The notes under the pieces were generated by a model, which saw nothing but the letters and a program-made list of their open reading frames with translations, was not told the origin of the DNA and ran no database searches. Positions 1 through 9,255 of a stretch of DNA of 64,000 nt are shown in pieces (position 1 is the stretch's first letter; each line of letters starts with the position of its first letter). The stretch is from Candidatus Daviesbacteria bacterium (GTDB lineage: Bacteria > Patescibacteriota > Microgenomatia > Daviesbacterales > UBA10151). The stretch is taken from positions 8,925 through 72,924 of the forward strand of contig JACPKL010000012.1 in assembly GCA_016187035.1 (NCBI GenBank), read 5' to 3'. The position numbers and the translations under genes were made by a program.

Positions 1-151
1 TCTTCTTAGTAAGCAGATTACCAAACCCTATTCCTGCAACAAAAAGAAGCAAGAAAATTAAAAACTCTTGATAACCTCTTTTTTTGAGAATATGAATAAT
101 TTTATTCATCAGATTTATGTTATTTGGATTAGTATTTAGTATAATCTAGAG

Positions 152-1069
152 ATGGATATATTGGCAATTACCTTAACTGTATTAGGTTTGGTCCTTTTTG
201 AAATTATTACCTCTTTGGATAACGCTGTAATTAACGCAGAAGTTTTATCTACCATGAGTCAAAAAATGAGAAGATGGTTTTTGCTTTGGGGTCTATTAAT
301 TGCAGTTTTTTTGCTAAGGGGGTTATTACCATGGGCAATAGTTTGGGCAGTGAATCCAAGCTTAGGACCCATTGGTGCTCTAACAGAATCATTTAGTAGT
401 AATCCAGAAACTATTAAAGCTATTGAACTTTCTGCCCCAATTTTACTTGCCGGCGGGGGTACTTTTATGATTTTTCTATTCTTTCACTGGTTATTTTTAG
501 AACCCAAAAACTATGGACTTAGAGGAGAAAGGTTTTTTCACAGACAGGGAGTATGGTTTTATGCTGTAGTATCTATTCTTTTAGCAGTCATAGTATGGTT
601 TGCAATAAACAAAAATCCTTTTATGGCTTTTGGAGCAGTTTTAGGTTCAACTGCTTTTTTTATTACACATGGTTTTAAAGAAACCGCTGCAAAGTCAGAA
701 CAAATGCTTTTAAAGGGTAAACAGTCAAATATCTCTGATATTAGTAAAATATTTTATCTTGAAGTAATTGACGCGTCATTTTCTATAGACGGAGTGATTG
801 GTGCGTTTGCTTTTACTTTATCAGTACCATTAATACTTCTAGGAAATGGTATTGGAGCATTTGTAGTTAGACAATTAACAGTTTCCAATGTGGAAAAAAT
901 TAAAAATTATGCATATTTAAAAAACGGAGCTATGTATTCTATTTTGGTATTAGGTAGTATAATGCTTTTAGATAGTTTTGGTTTTGATATCCCAACCTGG
1001 TTTTCACCTTTAGCTACAGCTCTAATAGTAGGCTACTTTTTTATAAAGTCTTTACGAAAACTAGCATAA
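152..1069 (+). CDS. DUF475/TerC-like integral membrane protein
   Basis: N-terminal LFEIITSLDNAVINA and YLEVIDASFSIDGVIGAFA motifs; multiple TM helices. Confidence 0.8.
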   Translation: MDILAITLTVLGLVLFEIITSLDNAVINAEVLSTMSQKMRRWFLLWGLLIAVFLLRGLLPWAIVWAVNPSLGPIGALTESFSSNPETIKAIELSAPILLAGGGTFMIFLFFHWLFLEPKNYGLRGERFFHRQGVWFYAVVSILLAVIVWFAINKNPFMAFGAVLGSTAFFITHGFKETAAKSEQMLLKGKQSNISDISKIFYLEVIDASFSIDGVIGAFAFTLSVPLILLGNGIGAFVVRQLTVSNVEKIKNYAYLKNGAMYSILVLGSIMLLDSFGFDIPTWFSPLATALIVGYFFIKSLRKLA

Positions 1070-2528
1070 AATCATCAAAATAAGCAACCTTCCAGGTTGG
1101 ATCTTTGATAATAGATTGAAGAAAATTTCTACCCCAGGGAGTTTGGTCGGTTCTGGAGAAAACCACAGTTTGAAATTTGAATTTTTCTTCTACTAATTTA
1201 AATTTAGAATAATCAGACTGCATGGGTATATAGGTATCCAGGAAAAATTCTTTTGGATAGGCTTCAGGCCTGCCGTCAACAAATACTTTATACTTTGGAT
1301 AACCTCTGTAAATAATATAGCTGCCAATATCAAAGTTATTAAAAATAGGTCCTGCTAAATTTTTGGCTAACATAAAGTCCATTGCTCCTTTGATATGCTC
1401 CTCATATTTTAATCCTGTTTGATGAAGATCGCTTTTTGATTTGTAATAATCACCGCTAAGATACCAAAAGCTTTCTATTAAAAGCATTACCACAGCCAAA
1501 GTATTCATAATAACATTCCACCTGGGGGGTGGTTTAGGTAAGCAGAGCTTGCCTTTTTCTGGCGAAAAACGTAAATCACCCAGGGAGAAGTTTTCCAAAG
1601 TTGATGGTAACGAAAGAAAGATTAAGTAAGGAAAACTCCGTACATTCATTAAAGCTAAAACTACCCCTGATAAACTAAGAAGAATGTTTTTAATTCCAAA
1701 CCTTCTTCTTATCAAGGTTACCAGCAGTGATAAAATTACTAAACATGCAGATAGTTTAGCAAACAAAAAATTGGGATCTTTAAAATTGATGCTTTCTAAA
1801 AGAAACATGGTCTGATTTTCCACAATAGAATAGCCATAATTCTTAGTTACATTTAAAGGATAAAATAAACCATTCAACCCATGAGGATTAACCAAACTGA
1901 CTAAGACTGATAGTACCAATGTCAATGACATAATTTTTAGCTTGCAACCTTCGAGGTTGAAACGTAAATATTGATAAGTCATATGTATTAGAAAAATAAC
2001 CTGTAATAATAATCCAATAAAAAAGTAAATATGGGTATTAACCCAGATTAATTGGATTAAAGGTATGAAAAAGATTAGCTTTGTAGTTGTCTTTAGGTAT
2101 TTTTCCAGAATATAATAAATACTGACTGTAAAAAGAAAACTAAAAATTTCCGGTCGAAGTTCTAGTCTTTCTCTTAAAACATGCAGAAAGATAAAACCTA
2201 TTGGTAAAAGAAGAGCCTGGTCTTTTTTAGGAATTATTTTGAAGATAAATAGGACAGAAACTAAAAATATAACAACTTTTAAAACCAAAAGAGTTTGAAG
2301 TCCAATTGTTTGGGAGAATTCATAAGCCATTACTTCAAACAACCAGTGAGTGTTTATAAAAGGAAAATCAGTATTTGTATATGAAAATAAATTAATCTTG
2401 GGAATATTGCCGGTTTTGACTATAATTTCCCCTAGTTTAAGGTGTCTGCCTAAATCCTGATCAAAAGAATGATCTGTTCTGAAAGAAAAAGCAAAAACAA
2501 AAAAAATCAGCAGAATTTTAACCCACAT
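1041..2528 (-). CDS. multi-pass membrane protein, GT-C glycosyltransferase-like
   Basis: DLGRHLKLGE..IPK N-terminus, LRPE motif, VFVDGRPEAY C-terminal domain; many TM segments. Confidence 0.6.
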   Translation of the reverse strand: MWVKILLIFFVFAFSFRTDHSFDQDLGRHLKLGEIIVKTGNIPKINLFSYTNTDFPFINTHWLFEVMAYEFSQTIGLQTLLVLKVVIFLVSVLFIFKIIPKKDQALLLPIGFIFLHVLRERLELRPEIFSFLFTVSIYYILEKYLKTTTKLIFFIPLIQLIWVNTHIYFFIGLLLQVIFLIHMTYQYLRFNLEGCKLKIMSLTLVLSVLVSLVNPHGLNGLFYPLNVTKNYGYSIVENQTMFLLESINFKDPNFLFAKLSACLVILSLLVTLIRRRFGIKNILLSLSGVVLALMNVRSFPYLIFLSLPSTLENFSLGDLRFSPEKGKLCLPKPPPRWNVIMNTLAVVMLLIESFWYLSGDYYKSKSDLHQTGLKYEEHIKGAMDFMLAKNLAGPIFNNFDIGSYIIYRGYPKYKVFVDGRPEAYPKEFFLDTYIPMQSDYSKFKLVEEKFKFQTVVFSRTDQTPWGRNFLQSIIKDPTWKVAYFDDFMLVFVKTL

Positions 2529-2607
2529 ACAGAAATTGTATCATTCTTGTTTATGCTTCGTGATATTGTTCGCGATAATTTCGCGGTAATATGATATAAT
2601 AATCTTA

Positions 2608-3666
2608 ATGTTTGAGCCAAAATACGTTATTACCTCCACAATTTTATCCAGGATAGCAGAAATAGCAGAAATTAAAGCTGCAGTTGAAAGGTCCAGGGTG
2701 TTGCCTTTAAATGAAGCCCAGCTGAGAAGGCAGGCAATTTTAAGAATGGCCCATACCTCAACATCTATTGAAGGTAATAAACTGGCCCAGTTTGAGGTAG
2801 GAAAAGTATTTGAGGGTAAAACTGTCACAGCCCCTTCTAAAGATATTCTTGAGGTAGAAGATTATCTGAATGGTTTAAAACTACTGGAAGAACTCTCAAA
2901 ATCAAAACATGATTTAACCATGGAAGAAATTTTACGTATGCATAAAATAGTCACTAACGGTTTGGTAGACAAGGAAAAGATGGGAAAGATCAGGCCTTCA
3001 GATATTTATATACTTGATGATCTTGGGGGAGGCCGTGAATTGTTAAGATTTAAAGGTCCTCCGGCCGGTAATGTACAAAAGCTGCTAAACGACCTTTTAG
3101 GCTGGCTTAAAAAAGCTAAGGGTGAAAGTATTCATCCTATTGTTATTGCCGGCATATTCCATCTGGAATTTGTTTCTATACATCCTTTTACTGATGGCAA
3201 TGGCAGAGTGACCAGGCTTTTAACTCAACTATTGTTATATAGGATGAATTGGGATTTTAGAAAAATTTTAGTTTTGGAAGATTATTATAACCAGGACAGG
3301 ATGGCCTATTATAATGCTTTGCATTCTGAAGAAGATAAGCAGTACTCTCAGGACAGGGAATTTACCAGATGGCTTGAATATTTTACTACTTCATTTCTGG
3401 TTGAAGCAAGAAAAGTTTTGGAGAAAATTCAGTCTATTGGATATGGAAAAGTCTCTAAAAAAAGCGAGCAAATATTTTTGAATAAAGACGAGATTCAAAT
3501 TATGGATTTTTTATCAACCACAGGCAGGATTACTTCAGATGATGTTTCGGATATTTTTAAAATTACCAAAAGGGCAGCCCAGCTTAAATTAAAAGGATTA
3601 ATTCAAAATAAGCTGATTCAGGTCCAGGGCAATGGTCCCAGCACTTATTATATTCTTTCGCGATAA
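2608..3666 (+). CDS. Fic family protein with C-terminal winged HTH
   Basis: HPFTDGNGRVTR Fic motif; STSIEGN motif; C-terminal HTH-like segment. Confidence 0.92.
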   Translation: MFEPKYVITSTILSRIAEIAEIKAAVERSRVLPLNEAQLRRQAILRMAHTSTSIEGNKLAQFEVGKVFEGKTVTAPSKDILEVEDYLNGLKLLEELSKSKHDLTMEEILRMHKIVTNGLVDKEKMGKIRPSDIYILDDLGGGRELLRFKGPPAGNVQKLLNDLLGWLKKAKGESIHPIVIAGIFHLEFVSIHPFTDGNGRVTRLLTQLLLYRMNWDFRKILVLEDYYNQDRMAYYNALHSEEDKQYSQDREFTRWLEYFTTSFLVEARKVLEKIQSIGYGKVSKKSEQIFLNKDEIQIMDFLSTTGRITSDDVSDIFKITKRAAQLKLKGLIQNKLIQVQGNGPSTYYILSR

Positions 3667-3788
3667 ACTTCGCGATTATTTCGCGCTTGCTATTACAATC
3701 AAACTATGGTACAATTACCCCAGAGTGTGTAGTGTAGATCATTCAGTCGTACTGTAAGTCACCTCACATATTTTAAAAAGAAAGTGAG

Positions 3789-4058
3789 GTGATTTTTTTG
3801 AATAACAAAAAGTTATTTGTTGGCTCTTTGCCATGGTCTGTAGATGATGCAAAATTAACTCAGATTTTTTCTCAAGCAGGTAATGTTGTTTCAGCACAAG
3901 TTATTAAAGACAGGGAAACAGGTAGGTCAAGAGGCTTTGGATTTGTTGAAATGTCAACAGAAGAAGAAGCCCGGGCATCTGTAAACAATTTAAATGGATC
4001 TGATGTTGATGGCAGAAAAATTATTGTTAATATAGCTCGTCCTAGAGAAGACCGTTAA
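3789..4058 (+). CDS. RRM RNA-binding protein (start probably TTG at 3798)
   Basis: RNP2 LFVGSL and RNP1 RGFGFVEM motifs. Confidence 0.92.
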   Translation: MIFLNNKKLFVGSLPWSVDDAKLTQIFSQAGNVVSAQVIKDRETGRSRGFGFVEMSTEEEARASVNNLNGSDVDGRKIIVNIARPREDR

Positions 4059-4753
4059 TTTTTAATACTATATCTTAAAAACAACTCATCCTTAACCTTT
4101 TTAACTGAAAGCAATGTGAGTTTTTTAATGAGAGTGGAGGGGAATAATATTCCGTCGACTAAAGTTTTAGTGGAATTTTGTCTGCCCCCTATTATTTTGG
4201 GAGCAATTGTTAGAAATAATTCATCAATCAGGTTCTCCTTCAAAAAAGAACCTAAAAGGGTGGGTCCTCCCTCAATTAAGACATGTTTATAACCCTGTTC
4301 TTTAAGCTCTCCCAAAAATTCTTTTCCCAGGTTAGAAGCTATTCTACCTGGGAGGTTGATTACGTTGCAACCTAGGGAGTTTAGGTACTTCAGGGATTGT
4401 GGGTGTCTTGTAATGATATAGTAAGGCAATTTAGCGCTTTTGCCCAAAACTCTTCTGGTTTGCTGAAAAGATCTTTTATTTAGACTTTTTAAAGTTAGTT
4501 CCCCGTCTTGCCTGGCTGTTTCTCCTCCATGAATTAAACAATCGGCATAAGTTCTTAGTTCCATTAAGACATCATGGTCTGTCTTTGAACCAATCGGCCA
4601 ATACCCTTTTCCCTTAACCGCTACTTTACCGTCAACTGTCTGGACAAAATTAGAATAAAAAAAAGGTCTGTTTTTAGGAAGATTAGGGAATTTAAGATTA
4701 GGGTAAAGCATGTTCCAGCTTGGGTAAAATTTTCTTTGAGGCCAGATACTCAA
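4055..4753 (-). CDS. RibD C-terminal/dihydrofolate reductase-like protein
   Basis: NFVQTVDGK, VLIEGGPTLLGSFL and DELFLTIAPKIIGG motifs. Confidence 0.85.
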   Translation of the reverse strand: MSIWPQRKFYPSWNMLYPNLKFPNLPKNRPFFYSNFVQTVDGKVAVKGKGYWPIGSKTDHDVLMELRTYADCLIHGGETARQDGELTLKSLNKRSFQQTRRVLGKSAKLPYYIITRHPQSLKYLNSLGCNVINLPGRIASNLGKEFLGELKEQGYKHVLIEGGPTLLGSFLKENLIDELFLTIAPKIIGGRQNSTKTLVDGILFPSTLIKKLTLLSVKKVKDELFLRYSIKN

Positions 4754-5363
4754 GTGTGTGTTTTACCAAAATATATGTTACGGATATTCCTGCAGCAAAA
4801 AGTAGCCTTTCAGCAATTACTACAGGAATTAATCCTTGCCAAACAGCAGCTTTTAAATTAAATACCCAAATCCAGGCAGCTCCTCCTACAGCATGGGCTG
4901 TAAAAGTAGATCCCAAACTTTTTAGATAAAGATTATTTTTGAATTTATATGCTATCAAAGGAATGGACCAAAACATTAATGCATAATATGGGACTTTTCT
5001 GCCTTCAGGATGGGCTATGAAGACTATAATTGCTAATATTGGAATTAGTAAAATCCATTTCCCGCTCCCCTTTTTCGCAGTAGCAGCAAAATAATAAACA
5101 GCAAACAGAGTTGGGAATAACCTGATAATTGCTCCTTGCGTCCAGGGAGCATCTTTAACTATATTATTTACAACCTCAACTGTTAAAACAGAAGCTATTC
5201 CAAAAACAGGGCCTAAAAAGGCACCGGCAATAGGGGCAAAGAAATCAAATAAGGTAAAGGAAACATTAGAACCAACTAATTTGTTAAAAGGAATCTGGAT
5301 GCTTAAAAAACCAAGAAGAGTAAAAAGAGCCAAAAAGAATAATTTTTTCTGAAAGATTTTCAT
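4698..5363 (-). CDS. membrane protein, possibly ECF S-component-like
   Basis: about 6 TM helices; overlaps the RibD-like gene. Confidence 0.5.
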   Translation of the reverse strand: MKIFQKKLFFLALFTLLGFLSIQIPFNKLVGSNVSFTLFDFFAPIAGAFLGPVFGIASVLTVEVVNNIVKDAPWTQGAIIRLFPTLFAVYYFAATAKKGSGKWILLIPILAIIVFIAHPEGRKVPYYALMFWSIPLIAYKFKNNLYLKSLGSTFTAHAVGGAAWIWVFNLKAAVWQGLIPVVIAERLLFAAGISVTYILVKHTLEYLASKKILPKLEHALP

Positions 5364-5454
5364 AAACGTAGCTTACAATAGTAAAATTTCTCTAAATTGT
5401 CAATAGTTTTGTAATATTGACATAATATACACCATATGCTTTAGTGTATATCTT

Positions 5455-5736
5455 ATGAAAAGATACCAAGTTTATTTGAATCAAATTTCAGTCTCCGTAA
5501 TTGATGATTATGAAAAGCTGACTAAACTATCACGCTCAAAAATTATCAGATACTTGGTAGACAGTGCATCAGAGCAGTTGATTGCCCTTATCCGAAGCAA
5601 AGAACCCGGAAAAACATATTTGATGGATCAACTTTCAGGCTTCATCGATCTAAAGACAAATAAAAAGCTGGATCTTGTATCCGGTATCGATGATGATTTT
5701 AAAAGAATGCGGCTTAATACATCGAATCTATCCTAA
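5455..5736 (+). CDS. ribbon-helix-helix antitoxin-like small protein
   Basis: MKRYQVYLN beta strand then SRSKIIR helix; TTGACA upstream. Confidence 0.5.
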   Translation: MKRYQVYLNQISVSVIDDYEKLTKLSRSKIIRYLVDSASEQLIALIRSKEPGKTYLMDQLSGFIDLKTNKKLDLVSGIDDDFKRMRLNTSNLS

Positions 5737-5911
5737 CATAAACAGGAGCGATGAATATTGAACTGCTCACTCCACTTGCAGATTCTATCATAAAACATTG
5801 GAAAATAGGAGCTTTTGAATCCGAAATCCTCATTCAAAATGAACAAGTTCTTTCCTTCGGAAATAATGCAGATTACCCACAGAATTATGTTTTTTGAGGC
5901 TAATTTCAAAG

Positions 5912-6004
5912 TTGCATCCTTAAGAAGTGTGTGTTAAGATACTTATATCACGATGACTGGACTAGCCTAAGGTTTCGACCGACCGCGAATGCCAGTCTTT
6001 TTTT
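5912..6004 (+). ncRNA. candidate small RNA unit antisense to the 3' end of the NYN gene
   Basis: TTGCAT-17nt-TAAGAT (5912-5940); GACTGG/CCAGTC stem enclosing a GGT-TTCG-ACC hairpin; T-tract 5998-6004. Confidence 0.5.
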
Positions 6005-6494
6005 GTTCTAAAGAGCTTCTCAGTAAATCAATACGTACAATGTAATGCTGAGTGTTAAATTTACGCAGCAAACTTGAGTAATGTTTTGTAGGTGCTAATA
6101 TCTTCAATAGTTTGTCTTTTTCAGCTAAATATTCCACTAAGCAGTGAAAATCGCCATCACCCGTTACGATTATAGCTTTATGGTAATTTTCATACTGAAT
6201 CATGGTATGGAGCACTAATTCTGCATCAACATTACCTTTGACTTTGATTTTGCCATGATCATGACGTTCTAAAGTTGGTTTAAAAATAAGAATGTAGTCA
6301 CACTCTTGTAAAAAGGCGTACAAAGATTCATTCCCTACAACTTGTCCAATAAAGAGATATGCTTTGCTCACCTCATATTTATTTCGTAGATATTGTCTAA
6401 ACTTTCTCCAATCCAACTTCCAGCCCTGGGATCTTACCCCGAGGTTAAGATTTTGGCTATCAATAAAGGCAAAATTTTCCTGTTTCTTTTTCAT
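5967..6494 (-). CDS. NYN domain (LabA/DUF88, PIN-like) protein
   Basis: FIDSQNL, KGNVDAEL and VTGDGDF acidic motifs. Confidence 0.9.
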   Translation of the reverse strand: MKKKQENFAFIDSQNLNLGVRSQGWKLDWRKFRQYLRNKYEVSKAYLFIGQVVGNESLYAFLQECDYILIFKPTLERHDHGKIKVKGNVDAELVLHTMIQYENYHKAIIVTGDGDFHCLVEYLAEKDKLLKILAPTKHYSSLLRKFNTQHYIVRIDLLRSSLEQKKTGIRGRSKP

Positions 6495-6642
6495 CTAAAT
6501 GATTCTACCACAGTTGATGTATAATTAGATTTATGAGTAGCGATGATCCGAATCAGACACCATCCAGTAATAATCAGCAACAAGTAACAGATGGATCACA
6601 GCATATTGATACCCTACTAAAACAACGCCAGTTGTTAGTTAG

Positions 6643-6714
6643 TCGGGGTGGCGAGAATTGAACTCACTGCATCCGCGTCCCAAACGCGGCGGTCTACCGA
6701 TGACCTACACCCCG
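6643..6714 (-). tRNA. tRNA-Pro(TGG)
   Basis: cloverleaf; CCGCG-TT-TGG-GA-CGCGG anticodon arm; GTTCAATT T-loop. Confidence 0.93.
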
Positions 6715-6745
6715 TAGAAATTGTATTATAATATATATCTTCTTC

Positions 6746-8377
6746 ATGAGTAAAATACTAAACAAAATATTTCAGCACAAAATTCTACTATTAATTCTTG
6801 TTTTAGCCTTTATATTAAGAATTTATGATATTAATAATAATCCCAAATCTATGTATGGGGATGAATTAACTTTAGTTTATGATGCTTATTCTTTATTGAA
6901 AACAGGACAGGACCAAAAAGGCCAGGCTTGGCCACTTTTCTTTTCCATGGGAGGAGGCAGGCCGGCAGGTTATATTTATGCCACCATTCCCTTTGCTGCT
7001 CTTTTTGGGCCTACAGCGCAAGCTGCCAGGGCTGTATCTGTTTTATCAGGAGTGGGAATTGTGCTGCTAATATATTTAGTATCCAAAATCCTCATCTTAA
7101 GAAAAGTTGGATTACTGGCTGCTTTGACTGCTGCTATCACCCCCTGGGAACTTAATCTCTCAAGAGGAGCATTTGAATCACATTTTGCCCTTTTTTTATC
7201 TATGCTGGGTTTATATTTTTTCCTTCTGGCTCAAAAAAGACAAGTTTTTTACCTTTTTTCAGCTTTAAGTTTCTTATTAGCTATGCAGGCTTATTTAACC
7301 TTTGTTTTATCAGTCCCTCTTTTTATGGGAATACTTGTATATTTTTTTAAAGATAAATTAAGGTTTTCTCCTATTACTGCAGCTTCAATTTTAATATTAA
7401 TTTTATCCCTTTCATTTAGTATTTATACTTCTGTCAGCAGAGGATCAAAAGACAGGGTTGGGAATTTATTTATATATAATCAATCCGAATATCAAAATAT
7501 AATTGCGGATAAAGTCAGGAGGGAAAGACTTTTTAGTCCTGCTTCTCCACAGTTAGTTCTTAGATTGCATAATAGGTACTTAGAATTTACTAATTTATTT
7601 TTTCAAAATTACCTGAACAGTTTTGGACTGGATTTTTTAATTTTAAACGGGGATAAAAATATCAGGCACAATCCAACTTCTTTAGGCCAAATCTATTGGG
7701 TCGGATTTCCTTTAATGGCATTTGGATTAATAATGTTATTTAAAAATTACAAAAAAAGTTTAGCTTTACTATTCGGGTGGCTATTAATTAGTCCTCTGCC
7801 GTCAAGTTTAGTTGGTCAGCCGCATGCTATCAGGAGCTCTTTTATGCTTCCGCCGCTGATAATTTTAATGGGGGCAGGTTTATATTATTTAGTTAAATTA
7901 AAAGGTCAAAAGTTAAGATGGTTTAAGCTTACACTTTTTATATTATTTTTGGTTGAGCTGCCAATTTTCTTATATAGATTTTATTTATTATCACCTGCTT
8001 TAAACACCTTATTTTGGTCTTATAGCGCCAAAATTGCTTCAGAAGTTGCTTTGGAAAATAAAGGTAAGTACCAATATATTATTTTATCTACCAGTATTCC
8101 GGATATGGAATTTGCCTACCCGGTATATGCCAAAATAGAACCAAAAGAAGTACATTACACAAATTTACATAAAACAAATTTTGGAGAACATCAATTTCTA
8201 AAATACGGCAATATTTATTTAGGCTCTATTCCTTCTACCAGAGTCAGGCAAATCTTAAGGAGCCTTGAAGGACCAGTGTTATATTTAGGGCCAATTGAAG
8301 ACAGAGGGTTAGTAGATAATGAGCAGATTACCAGAAACAAAGATGAAAGCCCTTTATTTGTAGTATCTACTAAATGA
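6746..8377 (+). CDS. GT39/PMT-family membrane glycosyltransferase
   Basis: YGDE...YDAYSLLKTGQDQKG..WP N-terminal motif; many TM segments. Confidence 0.8.
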   Translation: MSKILNKIFQHKILLLILVLAFILRIYDINNNPKSMYGDELTLVYDAYSLLKTGQDQKGQAWPLFFSMGGGRPAGYIYATIPFAALFGPTAQAARAVSVLSGVGIVLLIYLVSKILILRKVGLLAALTAAITPWELNLSRGAFESHFALFLSMLGLYFFLLAQKRQVFYLFSALSFLLAMQAYLTFVLSVPLFMGILVYFFKDKLRFSPITAASILILILSLSFSIYTSVSRGSKDRVGNLFIYNQSEYQNIIADKVRRERLFSPASPQLVLRLHNRYLEFTNLFFQNYLNSFGLDFLILNGDKNIRHNPTSLGQIYWVGFPLMAFGLIMLFKNYKKSLALLFGWLLISPLPSSLVGQPHAIRSSFMLPPLIILMGAGLYYLVKLKGQKLRWFKLTLFILFLVELPIFLYRFYLLSPALNTLFWSYSAKIASEVALENKGKYQYIILSTSIPDMEFAYPVYAKIEPKEVHYTNLHKTNFGEHQFLKYGNIYLGSIPSTRVRQILRSLEGPVLYLGPIEDRGLVDNEQITRNKDESPLFVVSTK

Positions 8378-8396
8378 AGCACACCAATCTGTTTGG

Positions 8397-8789
8397 TTAT
8401 CTGATTCTCAATCTTTCCAGACTGCCATCAGGATTAAGCCGGACTCGGGCTGTTTTATGTAGGTGGCTGTCAAATAACCTAACCTCCCTTAGCATAGTTA
8501 CTCCATCCTCAATCTCTGTTTTAACCTCTACAGAAGTACCAACAGACAACAAGTTCTGGCTCATCAAAAAGGATACTATACCCTTTGGCAGGGTAAAATT
8601 CATCCCCTTAACAGTTATAGTGTCTTCACTGATAGCGCTAACCATTCCACCTACCTTGTTTTCCATCTCTTCTTCTTCAATTCTGATTTCATCAGGTCCG
8701 CCTCTGCCATGATGTCCGTCTTTTGCCAAAGTTACAGGAACCAAGATAAGCAGTGCAAGCATTGATAAGACAGCTAATCTCTTTCTCAA
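8397..8789 (-). CDS. secreted hypothetical protein (DUF5666-like)
   Basis: signal peptide; G.V.AIS..TITV.G pattern. Confidence 0.5.
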   Translation of the reverse strand: MRKRLAVLSMLALLILVPVTLAKDGHHGRGGPDEIRIEEEEMENKVGGMVSAISEDTITVKGMNFTLPKGIVSFLMSQNLLSVGTSVEVKTEIEDGVTMLREVRLFDSHLHKTARVRLNPDGSLERLRIR

Positions 8790-8863
8790 ACTCTTTCACC
8801 CCCTTATACTATCAATAAAGTATAGATTTATTTGGTAAGAAGCGGTAAAGGAAAGGGTAAGAA

Positions 8864-9223
8864 TTATGATAGAAGTTGTTTGTTTAGTTTACTAAGCAGC
8901 TCCTCCATCTCAAAGGGCTTTAAGATAAAACCGTCTGCTCCTGCCTCCTTGGCAATTTCTTCTGTGTCTTGCAGGGCAGATAAAATAATGATGGGAATAT
9001 GTTTGACTCTAGCATCTTTTTTAACTAGTCTAGTTATTTCCACCCCCCCGATTCCAGGCATCCAAATATCCAAAAGTACTAAATCAGGCATAAAATCCTT
9101 GATAATTTTTAATATCTTTTTACCAGAGGTTATGGATTTTATTTCCCACCTGTCTTCTTTTAGTATGGTTGTTAAAATTTCCACAATCCCTTCATCATCA
9201 TCACAAATAAGAATCTTTTTCAT
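8864..9223 (-). CDS. single-domain response regulator
   Basis: ILICDDD, LLDIWMP and KPF receiver motifs. Confidence 0.92.
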   Translation of the reverse strand: MKKILICDDDEGIVEILTTILKEDRWEIKSITSGKKILKIIKDFMPDLVLLDIWMPGIGGVEITRLVKKDARVKHIPIIILSALQDTEEIAKEAGADGFILKPFEMEELLSKLNKQLLS

Positions 9224-9255
9224 GATTTCAAAAACCTCTGTCAGTTTGAGGGAGT

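Noticed and set aside
6533..6660. short ORF MSSDDPNQ... running into tRNA-Pro
   Set aside because: Probably a truncated remnant; too short to assign.
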